14,801 bases of DNA from Candidatus Micrarchaeia archaeon (lineage in GTDB: Archaea > Micrarchaeota > Micrarchaeia > Anstonellales > Bilamarchaeaceae), in contig JBKHJL010000027.1 in assembly GCA_046538155.1 (NCBI GenBank), forward strand, positions 1 to 14,801, read 5' to 3'. Positions 14,325 to 14,801 of the stretch are shown here, piece after piece. The position numbers and the translations under genes were made by a program. How positions within the stretch are numbered: the first letter of the stretch is position 1; the number at the start of each line of letters is the position of its first letter. The notes under the pieces are model-generated. The model was not told the DNA's origin, searched no databases, and worked only from the letters and a program-made list of their open reading frames with translations.

Positions 14325-14801
14325 TGATTTTGAAGAAGAAATAGAGAGCGAATTCCCTTTCGTCGGAAACTGGGAGCATTCTCCCAAAAAGGCAAAATAC
14401 ATAGATGATGAGGGCAATGAAGTTAAGGGCCAGACCATCCTGGACAGGAAAATCCTGAAAAAAAACGTAAGGAAACTGGTGGAAGCTTCGGTAGACAACC
14501 TGCTTGAGGAGGTAAGCAAGATGAAGGAGGCTGCTGAGGGTGGACAGACTGCATGGGTTTCCAGTCTGGGTTTGGGTATAGAGGGTGCTGAGGAATTCAA
14601 TGGTTCTGTTGCAAAGGCCCTTGTGGAGAATCTCCCGGAAAAACTTAGGGGTAATGTCAAGGTTGAGGCAGAAACCAAAACAACGGAATGGGAGGGAGAA
14701 AAAGAGGAGTATTATACTGGCAATGTGGAGCTTACATGGGTTGGGAAAGTAGGCAGTAAAGAGGTAGAAATCAGCCTCTTTACGGGAGAACCTGTGGGCT
14801 C
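14302..14801 (+). CDS. Hypothetical protein running off the window end (absent from the ORF track)
   Basis: The frame from ATG 14302 is stop-free to 14801: MKKKAILDDFEEEIESEFPFVGNWEHSPKK...VEISLFTGEPVG. It is either a separate gene overlapping by 23 nt or the continuation of the 14124 ORF. Confidence 0.75.
   Translation, partial: MKKKAILDDFEEEIESEFPFVGNWEHSPKKAKYIDDEGNEVKGQTILDRKILKKNVRKLVEASVDNLLEEVSKMKEAAEGGQTAWVSSLGLGIEGAEEFNGSVAKALVENLPEKLRGNVKVEAETKTTEWEGEKEEYYTGNVELTWVGKVGSKEVEISLFTGEPVG
14305..14313 (+). repeat. A9 homopolymer at the frame junction of the two right-edge ORFs
   Basis: Read directly: GATG-AAAAAAAAA-GCAATAC. Confidence 0.9.

Noticed and set aside
13956..14678. 240-aa minus-strand ORF
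   Set aside because: It is a Ser/Phe/Leu-rich antisense shadow of the purine-rich plus-strand coding region, and it crosses the promoter and P1 start out of frame.

Overview
Compact, gene-dense archaeal chromosome segment. Archaeal origin is supported by the type II methionine aminopeptidase, DUF357, a tRNA intron with a bulge-helix-bulge motif and TATA-box promoters. A DPANN/Micrarchaeota-like lineage is my inference and is not established. The left part holds housekeeping genes: 5'-truncated ftsY, an Fcf1/Utp24-like PIN nuclease and a small membrane protein, converging on DUF357 and ksgA/rsmA. Next come a ~1114-aa charged orphan, an intron-containing tRNA-Arg(TCG), a 565-aa secreted membrane-anchored protein and map. 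The right part is a tightly coupled minus-strand operon (14047->8756) of three large secreted, sequon-rich proteins (P1, P2, P3) that share paralogous modules: P1 and P2 share a 'VWIDG..TFP..PY' module, and P2 and P3 share an 'NPD..C..C..GWLxG' module. P3 is the only one with membrane anchors, and it is split by a +1 frameshift at a C9 tract inside a Pro/Gly linker. The divergent gene at the right edge also changes frame, at an A9 tract. These breaks may be phase variation, programmed slippage or homopolymer sequencing errors, and raw reads are needed to decide. All family assignments come from motif recognition by eye; no searches were run.
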